From: Oculina patagonica
Taxonomy: Eukaryota
Direction of reading: 5' to 3'
Assembly (NCBI RefSeq): GCF_052425735.1
Contig: NC_135762.1
Location: 14,570,001 to 14,634,000 of the forward strand
Length of the DNA: 64,000 bases
Shown: piece after piece, positions 34,413-45,090 of the stretch
Position numbering within the stretch: the stretch's first letter is position 1
Layout: each line of letters starts with the position of its first letter
The notes under the pieces: model-generated
Database searches by the model: none
The model's input: only the letters and a program-made list of their open reading frames with translations
Told to the model about the DNA's origin: nothing
Translations under genes and position numbers: made by a program

Positions 34413-37400
34413 ATTCTCACTGCATACATAATTAGCCCGTCACGCGGGAATGGCTTAAGTTGTGTTGTGCCTGCGCGTTAGTAGCATGATGCATTGCGAC
34501 CTCCGCTTCAAATATCACAGTTTCAGTCACCTCGTGGCCAGTTCAACGGAGTTCGGTGAAGTGACGTTTCAAAGTTTCTTTGCATATGACCGCCACCAGC
34601 CCGTCTTGCTCGACGTTTAACCAGCTTTGCCGGCGGCCCCGGCTTTTTAACCTGCTGTGCCTGTGGAGCCCGCTCCGGCCCTCGTGGTCGAACAAGAGGT
34701 ACTTTTTTCAGTTGTGTTTTTCATTTTCCGTCTTGTAAGGTTTTTGTATCGCGGGTCGGGCCACGGTTTTGTCGTTTCGCTTGCTTATTCCGTTCCCACG
34801 TGCTTTCATGTCTGGCTTATTTTTCAAATGGTGTTTACTGCTCGCTACTTTCGGTTTAGGGATTTCATGCAGTTTTGGGTCCGGGAAATTTACCTTTTGG
34901 CCCGCTTTACGTTTCTTGGTTTGGTTTTCCGTTTTAATCGTTATTTTATTCTGTCTACATGCAGCGCGATTGCCTTTTGTGTTTTCTACCAATTATTTGT
35001 CATATTGTGTTATTAGTTCGCTGCTTGTCAGCTTTTATCCTCATGGGGCACGTTCTTTCATTTGGGATCCCTTATTTGCATATTTTTGTTTTTGAATTTC
35101 GTTTGTTTGGGTTTGTTTGTCTCGTATTTTGCGTTTGCCCTTCTGTTGTGGTTTAAATGTCCATGTTTCCATGTAGTCTATGTTGCTATCCCGTGGCGAG
35201 CGCGTGGGACCTGGGAAACCGCAAAGCAAATTTGCCCTCAAAGTCAGCGGTCTTGAGCCTTTGAATAATGTTTTAATGTTTTAAGTTTTATACGTTTGTA
35301 TGGCCCGGAGAGTCAGCAGCCTGGATAACTGTAAAATGTTTTGAGTATGGCCTGGAGAGATGTAAAATGATTTTTGAGTATGGCCCGGAGAGCCAACAAC
35401 TTGGAGAGCTGTCAGATGTTTTTTGAGTATGGCCTGGAGAGCCAGCAGCCTGGAGAGCTGTAAAATGTTTTCTGAGTATGGCCCGGAGAGCCAACAGCCT
35501 GAGAAGCTGTGGAAAGTTTTTTGAGTATGCCCGGAGCGCCAACAGCCCGGAGAGCTATGAAATGTTTTTTGAGTATGGCCCGGAGAGCCAACAGCCTAGA
35601 GAGCTGTGAAATGTTTTTTGAGTATGGCCCGGAGCGCCAGCAGCCTGGAGAGCTGTGAAATGTTTTTTTGAGTATGGCCCGGAGAGCCAACAGCCTGGAG
35701 AGCTATGAAATGGTTTTTGAGTATGGCCCGGAGAGCCAACAGCCTGGAGAGCTGTGAAATGTTTTTTGAGTATGGCCCGGAGTGCCAGCAGCCTGGAGTG
35801 CTGTGAAATAGATTTTAAGTTCGCTATGTTTGTATGGCCTGAAGGGTCAACAGCCTGCAGGTCTGTGAATTTCTGACTCAGTTAACGTTCGCTATGCTTG
35901 CATGTCCTGGGCAGCTGGCTGCCCGGAGAGCTGTGTGACACAGTAAGTTGAGTTTATTATGCTTGTACCGTTCGGAAAGCCAGCGGTTGAGAGAGTTTTT
36001 AGTATACTCAGTGAGTGTTCTATGCTTGTGGTCCCAGAAGAGCCAGCGGCCAGGAGAGCCGTAGCATAGTTTTCATTGCTGTTCTTTTTCAGAAGATTAT
36101 GTGGGCGTCTATCAGTAATGATTTCTTTGGTACATCATGCAACTCAGTTATTTGTAAAATTTGCTTTTCGTCTTAAATACAGATCATTTAATATTTGTTT
36201 TTACTTGTCTGTTTTTGCCTTGGGGTGGGACCTTCCCCCCTGGCCCTGTTGACCTCGGGGGGACCTTCTCAGTGTCTCAATTTCGGACCTAGTTCGGAGC
36301 CTGGGGTCAACAAAGGGTTGGGTTCCCTTTTACTTCTTTCGGGAATTTGTTTCGGCTTTCATGGAGTTTTAGGTAAATTCTCCTTTGTTCTCCGCAAGAC
36401 TAGATGCGGCACATTCCACAGGGAGCCCTCCCTTTGTTGGCCCCTTGCCTCCTTCGGAGCAAGTAGCGTCTCGCCCAAGTTTAAGTAATCTGGCTCGTTT
36501 GCCCTTGTGCGACCCGATTCACTTCAGGGATGGCAATGTAATAATCTGACCGTTTGGAATGACTTTCTTGAGAAATAACCTTGTAATGAAGTTGACATTT
36601 GGAAGTTATCAGACGAAGTTCGCGTCGTCCGCTCCTTTAAGCCATTTAAAGGGAATTTTAAGGACGGGTGTACAATTCCAATTATTCCAAGTTCTCCCAG
36701 TTCGTCTCCGATTTCGTAATGCAACGAGTGACCGCGGGGTTATGGCTGTTTGGGTCCCGGTGCATAGTGTGGCACCCCAGCGATTAGTCGCCCCCGCAGG
36801 GTTTCGGCCCCGAGGAGGCACCTTAAAGGTCCCCCGCGTATGTGAATAATTGTGTGCATTCGGCGAACTGCACCGGGAAAAATCTCAATCAGTTCTGCAA
36901 AGGATTTAAATGGCCGTTGAACTGCGTTCGCAAGAAACATCTTTTGGTTAAAGATATGGCTGGAACGTGTACGTTAGTTTTACTTACGTTGAAATGATTC
37001 CGAAAATGACATGGAAAGGATAATCCAGGGACGAATCTTTGATTGTGCCATATCTTGTTACTCGTAGAACTGTTGGGCTTTTTGGCCTGGGATGTTGAAT
37101 GTCATAAGCCTGGGAATTAGCTTGCGTGTTGTCACCACGAATAAAAGTTCAAGTGTTGTGCCTGAAGTTTTTAGGTAATTTCTGGAAGCCTATTAAGCCT
37201 CCTAGTGCCTACAAATACCCGAACCTCAGGCTTACCATACTATATTTGTGACTTTGTGATGTTTGTCAGTTTTTCACTTATCCATTGCGGGTTATCCGGG
37301 ATCCATCTCTCGGGTAGGCCCTAGCAGCAGTTTTATGTTATGTTTTATTTGCTCATTAAGGCTGATATTTCGTTGGTATTGATGAATCACGGGTGGCTTT

Positions 37401-40230
37401 TTCAACATGGGTGCTTTTTCTACGATTCATACGCGACTCTGTGCGTCACGCCTTTCCCGTCCCCGGGGAAAAGAGAATCAAGTTCTCAGCGTTAAGGGAA
37501 GATCGGGGGAAGATATTCATTTGTTCCCTTTCGTGGGCCTCAACACACTTCAACGATTTTCAGGGAAGGTCCTCTTTTTTAGCTTTTCCTCCCCGGGATG
37601 TAAATTTCAAAGTCTACTCGGCCTCCGTCAAGTAGAAGCTGGCCATCGCACAGAAATAGAGTATTGGCCTTTTCGTGACAACTGCAAGGATTACATTCCA
37701 TGGGAGACCGAACTCCACGATGTGCATACGCTTTATTGAGATGCCTCGAAGGGCCTGGGTTCGGAGCTTTGCTAAAGGACGGTCGCAGTTTAGTGTCGAG
37801 AGATTTCTGGATAGAAGACTCGCAAGGCATCAATATCTTAGAAGCTCGGGCTCTGCTGCATTCAATATTTTCGTTTAGACACCCTATTAGATCAAGTAGA
37901 GTTAATGAACACACTGACAGCTTCGATTTAAAGCTAACAACATTTTCAAGGACTTTGTTGATTGCTGCAAAGAATTCGCTATAAGCCTTCACGAACATTA
38001 TGTTTCCTTCAGGTAAGCCCGGCTGTTTTTCCTTCTAGAAACGTATCGGACATGGATTGTAAATTGTCAAAAGTGCTTGAGTGCAGGTCGAGCGTCTTTT
38101 TGGGCCTCACACCTTCGACCTCGTGTCTTTGAATAACAATTGTCAACCCAACAGGGCAGACCACTGCTTGCCCCACTTTACACCTTGTGCAGCTACGGTT
38201 TTTAGCAACATCAACGTTTTTGCAAAGTCTTGCCGTCGGAGCACAACTTGTATGCATTCCCGCCATTTGATTTAACAATGCCTCTTTTAAATGCATGCCT
38301 TAGCAGGAATTTTACGGTGCGTCTGCTATCATTATCCCGGACTTGAGGCCTTTAAAGCGCTTCTGGCGGGCGTTGCTTCAGTCGCTTCAGCTGCTGGAGT
38401 GATATTTATGAGGCCATCCGTTGCGTTTGTTAAGCTCATCTGGTCTCATCGTTTGCGTTATGTTTCCATGGAAGTCAGCCCGATGCTGTTCATCTTACCT
38501 TAATTCTAACGATTCTGATGCAAAATGTTGCCAGATATGTAAAACCGGACTTAAACGTGCCACTACGGCAACTGCCCGCGTGAATGAAGCCGCAATCCAG
38601 GAGCGATTTAAGGGACTTTAATCTGTCGTGCGCCCGAGCCCTTATCAAAGGCAGAAATCTGCACTGGAGCAGCAGCTTTTCCAGTTTTGGGGGCTTTGTC
38701 GCCCCCAGGACGGTGACTTTCTGTACTTTTGATAACTTTGTTATATTTCTAATTTCTAAGATAAGTCCGGTAAACTAGAGTGGATGCGTCCTCATGTTTT
38801 AAAGCTCTTTGTACCAGTCCAAAACACTTAGTAACGGGGTAAGACAATTTTCTTATGGGTCGTTTGAGAGCCGGCGTCGATAATCTGGGGCGTCTTAATG
38901 ATTCTAATTCAGTTGCCCTTCCCATTGTCGAAGAGTATTTTTAAACTTTCAGACAAAGGCAAGCGGGTTTTGCTAGTACACCTGCTTAAGCGTTCCCTTC
39001 GTTATTGTTTTGATTTGTTGTATAAAAAGTTATATGTTTCAGCGACTTATAGCTTTCCTCTGTGGTTAATATGTTAGTCAGGTGCCCCTTTCGCGCGCAG
39101 GTGAATATGTCCCCATTAGGGATGCGATATTTTTTTGTACTTGATATTTCCGCCGGGAGTAGGTTTCCGACCCTGGTCGCCTTCAATCTTGTAACGTATT
39201 TAAGTTTTAAAACGGGAAAACCATTTGCTCGAGTTTACTCTCGTTTAGAATTTTCGCGAAGGTTCGCCCTGCTCTTTCACCCTATTATGATGTTTGCCCC
39301 TTTGGCTGGATTCAGTATTACATAACAATATTACAACGGACCAAGGATACTTTTAGAGCCACAGAACGTATCGCAACGGATCAGTAGTTGACAAGCTCTT
39401 CACGAGTTCCGCGGTTCGGCTGAGAAAACTCAGTTTAGATTCCAAGCTCCATGCAGGGGAAACTTCGCATAGTTTTCGGGTAGAATTTTCCAGCTCTCTA
39501 AGGTTCTTAGGTTGTTCTCAGGAAGTTGTTACTCAATACTTGGGCTTGGGAAGTAGGTAAGTCGCGAAGAGGTATATGCAGATCTCAGATGCCAAGTTAT
39601 ACACACTCCTTACCATATTAGAAAGAGTGCTCCCTTGGGCGGCTTCTGGATTAGTAACGCCGGTGTCAAATCCCGGTCATTTGGAGGCTGCTGTAAAGGT
39701 TGCACTAAATGAACATGTGACTGGAGGTTTTGTGGGGTTTCTGAGTAATGGGGAAGATCTTTGTGAAAGTGTTTTCCCATGAGTTTTTCGCTCTTTTCGC
39801 ACTTCTTTCCGGAATCGACAGCAGAGTGTCTGGGGCAGGAGCGGGTATCCTCCCATATCTTAGCTTCCCGTGTCAGGGCAATTGTATTCAGTGAGAATGT
39901 TTTACTATTCTCACTGCATACATAATTAGCCCGTCACGCGGGAATGGCTTAAGTTCGTTAAATTCCGGTGTGTTGTACCTGCGCGCTAGTAGCATGATGC
40001 ATTGCGACCTCCGCTTCAAATATCACAGTTTCAGTCACCTCGTGGCCAGTTCAACGGAGTTCGGTGAAGTGACTGTAAAAGTTTCGCCCCTCCCATCTCC
40101 CCTGGTGGCGGTCGATCACTGCTGTATCCTACATTCTACACGCCAGCCAATTGCCCTGGCATTCGCGGGTATCCTCCCATAACTTAGCTTCCCGTGTCAG
40201 GGCGATTGTATTCAGTGAGAATGTTTTACT
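34413..40230 (+). mobile_element. Degenerate DIRS-order tyrosine-recombinase retrotransposon with split direct repeats (PAT-like)
   Basis: A1 (34413-34565), body, B1 (39841-39906), A2 (39907-40074), B2 (40166-40230). RNase H relic (DFW...INILEARAL...HTDS, ~37780-37920); methyltransferase-like relic (GPHTFDLVSLNNNCQ...LPHFTP...NVFA); YR relic (LHEFRG...Y, ~39400-39580). ACT is present at both junctions. Confidence 0.85.
35298..36060 (+). repeat. 49-bp minisatellite inside the PAT-like element
   Basis: GAGTATGGCCCGGAGAGCCAACAGCCTGGAGAGCTGTGAAATGTTTTTT at 35474, 35523, 35571, 35620, 35670, 35719 and 35768, then degenerate copies. Confidence 0.92.
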
Positions 40231-41072
40231 AATTAAACAACAAATGTTAACGAGTTTCGTGAATTTTATTTGCCAGAACAACCAGTTAATACAAGAATTA
40301 AAACGCAAAGCGACTTGAAGCCATGATATCGGTTTTGTTGGGCGGAAAAGGGAGAGAAGTCAGTGATATACCTGGAGAATAGAGAATTCGGCAAACTTGT
40401 TTTTTGTGTAAATTTTGATGGAAGAAAGCGGACGGCACGGCGAACCAGGCACTGTAAGCTTTTAAAACATCTTTTCACCGAGGCCTCCAACGCTCACGTC
40501 GAATAAGGTCAGGTCGTACATTTAAATCAATGATGTAGGAAAGTTCAAGTTTTTCCGTGAATTTGTAAGTCCCAAACACTTTCAACAATCGCAATTTCAA
40601 TATTCAGCTCGTGACATCGTGGCGGCAGGTTTGCACCACTACATAAAGCGCCAGAAGCGAACAAATACTCTGCAAAACGTCCAATAAACAAAAACTGGCG
40701 ACCAGATGGAATGGGAATTCCTGTTTTAAGGCTTCAAACTCAACGTTGATTCGCAATTTAAGCCATTTAAATATCCTTTAGAGGGTTAGAAAGAGGTGAA
40801 TTTCACTGTTGTCGCATCGTTTTACTTCGTCTCGATTCATTCAAGTATTTGACAGTCACTCAATAAACTTTTATAATTTAAACCAATGAAATGATTTAAG
40901 CGTGCGCCATTGAATGTGCATGGCTTCCTTTTCAGTACTCGAAAAAAAGCCATATAATAAATCGTTTTTTGACCAAGCTTCTTCGGTCAAGAAGACAGGA
41001 TCTTGGCCTCGATCATTTTTTTATGGACAATCTCCTGCCACCTTCACCTCACGCTTAGGCAATAACCCATAT

Positions 41073-43297
41073 TTCAGATAGCATGAGTTCAATAAAGAAC
41101 TCACCAACCAAGTAACACAGAATAATCCAGCAAGATCTCTATATGCTACCCTCAGATAGCATGAGTTCCATAAGGAAGTCACCAACCAAGTAAGACAGAA
41201 TAATGCAGCAGGAGGTCGATATGCTGCCTTCAGATAGCATGAGTTCACTAAGGAACTCACCAACCAAGTAAGACAGAATAATGCAGCACAAGGTCGATAT
41301 GCTACCCTAAGATAGCATGAGTTCCATAAGGAACTCACCAACCAAGTAAGACAGAATAATCCAGCACGTGGTCGATATGCTACCCTTAGATAGCATGAGT
41401 TCCATAAGGAACCCACCAACCAAGTAAGACAGAGTAATCCAGCACGTGGTCGATATGCTGCCTTCTGATAGCATAAGTTCCATAAGGAACTCACCAACCA
41501 AGTAAGACAGAATAATGCAGCAGGAGGTGGTCGATATGCTCCCCTTAGATAGCATGAGTTCCATAAGGAACTCACCAACCAAGTAAGACAGAGTAATCGA
41601 GCACGAGGTCGATATGCTGCCTTCAAATAGCATGAGTTCCATAAGGAACTCACCAACCAAGTAAGACAGAATAATCCAGCACAAGGTCGATATGGTTTCC
41701 TTAGATACCATAAGCTCCATAAGCAACTGACCAATGAAGTAAGAGAAAATGATCCAGCACGAGGTCGATATGCTGCGCTCAGGTAGCATGAGTTCCATAA
41801 GGAACTCAGCAACCAAGTAAGACAGAATAATCCAGCACGAGGTCGATATGCTGCGTTAAGAAAGAATGAGTTCCCTACGGAACTGACCAAATCAATTAAG
41901 AAAGAATGATCCAGCACGAGGTCGATATGCTACCCTCCGATACCAGGAGTTCCATAAGGAACCCACCAACCAAGTAAGACAGAGTAATCCAGCACGTGGT
42001 CGATATGCTGCCTTCAGATAGCATGAGTTCCATAAGGAACTCACCAACCAAGTAAGACAGAATAATGCAGCAGGAGGTCGATATGCTGCCTTCAGATAGC
42101 ATGAGTGCCATAAGGAACTCACTAACCAAGTAAGACAGAATAATTAATGCAGCACAAGGTCGATATGCTGCCCTCAGATAGAATGAGGTCCATAAAGAGC
42201 TCAACAACCAAGTAATACAAAATAATCCTGCACTTGGTCGATATGCTGGCCTTAGATACCATAAGCTCCATAAGGAACTAAACAACCCAGTAAGACAGGA
42301 TAATCCAGCACGAGGTCGATATGCTGCCCTCAGATAGCGTGAGTTCCGTAAGGAACTGACCAGCCAATTGAGACGGAATAATCTAACACGAGGTCGATGT
42401 GCCGCCCTCAGATAGCGTGAGGTCCATAAGAAACTTACCAACCAAGTAGGACAGAATAATCCAGCACTTGGTCGATATGCTGCCCTTAGATACCATAAGC
42501 TCCATAAGGTACTGACCAATCAAGTAAGGGAGAATGATCCAGCACGAGGTCGACATGCTGCGCTCAGGTTGCATGAGTTCCATAAGGAACTCACCAACCA
42601 AGTAAGACAGAATAATCCAGCACGAGGTCGATATGCTGCGCTCAGGTAGCATGAGTTCCATAAGGAACTCACCAACCAAGTAAGACAGAATAATCCAGCA
42701 CGAGGTCGATATGCTGCATTAAGATAGAATGAGTTCCCTACGGAACTGACTAATCAATTAAGCTAAGACAGAATGATCCAGCACGAGGTCGATATGCTAC
42801 CCTCCGATAGCATGAGTTCCATAAGGAACTCACCAACCAAGTAACACGAAATAATCCAGCACAAGGTTGATATGCTGCCATCAGAAAACATGAGTTTCAT
42901 AAGGAACTCACCAACCAAGTAAGACAGTATAATCCAGCACGAGGTCGATATCCTGCCCTCAGATAGCATTGGTCCCATTAAGAACTTACCAACCCACTAA
43001 GACATAATAATTCAGCACTAGGTAGATATGCTGCCCTTAATTAGATACCATGAGCTCCATAAGGAACTGACCTATCAAGTAAGAGAGAATGATCCAGCAC
43101 GAGGTCGATATGCTGCCCTCAGATAACATGAGTTTCATAAGGAACTCACCAACCAAGTTAGACAGAATAATCCAGTACGAGATCGATATATATGCTGCCC
43201 ACAGATAGCATGAGTTCCCTACGTAACTGACCAATCAAGTAAGACAGAAGAAACCAGCACGTGGTCCATATGCTGCACTCAGACAGAATGAGATCAT
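41073..43297 (+). repeat. 78-bp tandem repeat, right part (~28 copies)
   Basis: Same unit; gives 26-aa periodic ORFs on the minus strand. Confidence 0.95.
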
Positions 43298-43301
43298 TCT
43301 A

Positions 43302-44397
43302 AGGCCCTGTTAATACGTCGAATTTAATTCAGACTAATTTAATTCAAATTAAATTCGTCGATTAGTCAACGTTAATTGCCGCCTGATATAGATGTCGCAT
43401 TTAATTCAACCGAATTTAATTTTTCACCCGAGTCTTTAGCACTTTTGACCAGTGGCGGGGATAATTCCCGCCAAAAATAACGGGAGACCACGAAATGTTT
43501 CGGGCGCGTATATTTAACCAAAAAACGTGGCGAGGTTCTACGAAGGCATTACTGCTGGAGAAAAAAAATATCCAGCGAAAGACAGTGGAGAAAGCAGCTG
43601 CGACGTCGAATGTTAACACTGGTAGTGATGAAGAAAAGTTTTTCTTGTGCGAGTTTGTTTATCGATTTGTCTACTGTTACAATCAGTCCAAGATGAAGAT
43701 ATTAATACAATTTATTTAAAAGTTCTTCATCATTGACAATAATATCTACCATATCCGTGATTTGATCTTCATTCCAGCTCGGTTTTCGCCCACGCTGTGC
43801 CTTTTTCTTCCTCCTTTGGCGCTCAACTTTTCATTTTCCTCGGCTGAGTCAGCCTCACTCGCTGTTTCAAAGTTGTCAGTCAAAGTTGGCTCAAAGTGGT
43901 CATCTTTGTAAGATTCATCCCGAGAAGTCCCAGGAGCCGACTGCAAACATTAACCAACACTTTTGTTTGCCTCCCATCCCACCATTTCTTCGTTTTTTTT
44001 TCAGCAATCGAACATTCCAACCGAACACACACACTTCTCCCACAAGCTATGCATAAATATTTTGTGTCCTTGTTCCAAATTATGCAAGCGGACGGCAAAT
44101 TTTTCCTCCACAACGACATAGTTCAACAACTTGCGAAAAACGCAAGAAGACGCCTGTGCGCATGCGACACGAGCGAAACTTTCCACGAATCTTACTACAA
44201 ATCTACCATGGCCACGGGCTGAATGGGGTAATTCGATGCGTCTGTTGTGCGACGTCTAAACTGAAGAAGACGCGCTACCGATATTTTATACGTCCTATCA
44301 AGACGGATACAACGTCTAGGACGAATTTAATTAACCAGACGAATCTAATTCGATCTATACGTCGCACAACCGTCGAATTTAATTGCTAAATGGTCCT
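43302..44397. mobile_element. Non-autonomous TIR DNA transposon (possibly Harbinger-like) carrying a degenerate Cys-rich mini-ORF
   Basis: TA|AGGCCCTGTTA ... TAAATGGTCCT|TA ends; repeated sub-terminal (CG)AATTTAATT motifs at both ends; minus-strand CIIW-x7-CIAC-x4-C-x4-C fragment. Confidence 0.6.
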
Positions 44398-44400
44398 TAC

Positions 44401-45090
44401 TAATTTTAAAAACACGAAACAACTTTTTAAAGACATGTTTCGGCATGACTTATGCCATCTTCAGTTTATTGAGAATTTAAAATCTAGGGCTATATATATA
44501 CCCAAGCAACAAATACAAAAATAGAAATGTATACAAAGTAAAATTACAATAACAAAAGATAATGGTAAAGCCGTTACAAAGTGGCAGGTACTGTCTGGTA
44601 CTGTCTAGAACAGTAATTACTCCTCTTTTAAAATAAAGAATTTTTTCAGTTTTAAAGATCCCATTCCTGATGCTATTAGATCCTCTGTTGTTTATCAATT
44701 TACTTGTGCGGGATGTAACTCCCGTTATATTGGCGAGACTTCCCGTCATTTTTCAGCAAGGATCAAAGAGCATACTTTAACTGACAAAACTTCACATGTT
44801 TTTAAACACCTTAACAGTTCATCTAATTGCAAAAATTTATACACATCTGATTGCTTTAAAATTTTGGATTCTGCTAAAACCGTTTATTTTCTTAAATTAA
44901 AAGAGGCCTTTTACATTAATAGTTTAAAACCAGATTTAAACACTCAAGTGCAGCATGTCAACACCTTTTTATTTTAATCTTTTGTTCTATTAGTAACGGT
45001 CTAAAGCTCACACTGTGAGTAATTACTGTTCTAGATAGTACCAGACAGTACCTGCCACTTTGTAACGGCTTTACCATTATCTTTTGTTAT
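44401..45090 (+). mobile_element. 5'-truncated Penelope-like element with inverted pseudo-LTR
   Basis: Open frame 44621-44977 encodes a GIY-YIG domain (FKDPIP...SSVVYQFTCAGCNSRYIGETSRH...RIKEH...LKEAFYI...KPDLN). 45017-45090 is an inverted copy of 44549-44622. Confidence 0.92.
44428..44468 (-). ncRNA. Minimal type I hammerhead ribozyme (Penelope pLTR)
   Basis: UAAA-CUGAAGA-U-GGCAU-AAGUC-AUGCC-GAAA-CAUG-UC-UUUA: complete core, 5-bp stem II, palindromic stem III, GUC cleavage triplet, 4-bp stem I. Confidence 0.9.

Larger units (their letters stand above)
34126..41072 (+). mobile_element. Non-autonomous Crypton-like element (34126-34412 plus 40231-41072), split by the PAT-like insertion
   Basis: Interrupts one 78-bp unit at GCTGCC|TTCAGATAG. 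5' end has CTCTGATTGGCTACCCGAGCGGTCAAGATGG plus a hairpin. 3' end CATATAATAAA...TGACCAAGC...GCTTAGGCAATAA is a degenerate terminal inverted repeat. Confidence 0.6.

Noticed and set aside
35298-36060. CRISPR-like array or coding repeat
   Set aside because: Head-to-tail 49-bp units without spacers; the period is not a multiple of 3.
41021-42679. 298-aa and related repeat-protein ORFs
   Set aside because: Explained by the 78-bp period; neighbouring units carry stops and frameshifts. Not called as CDS.
41073-43297. CRISPR-like array (hairpin-containing repeats)
   Set aside because: Units are contiguous 78-bp copies with no unique spacers, there are no cas genes, and the context is eukaryotic.
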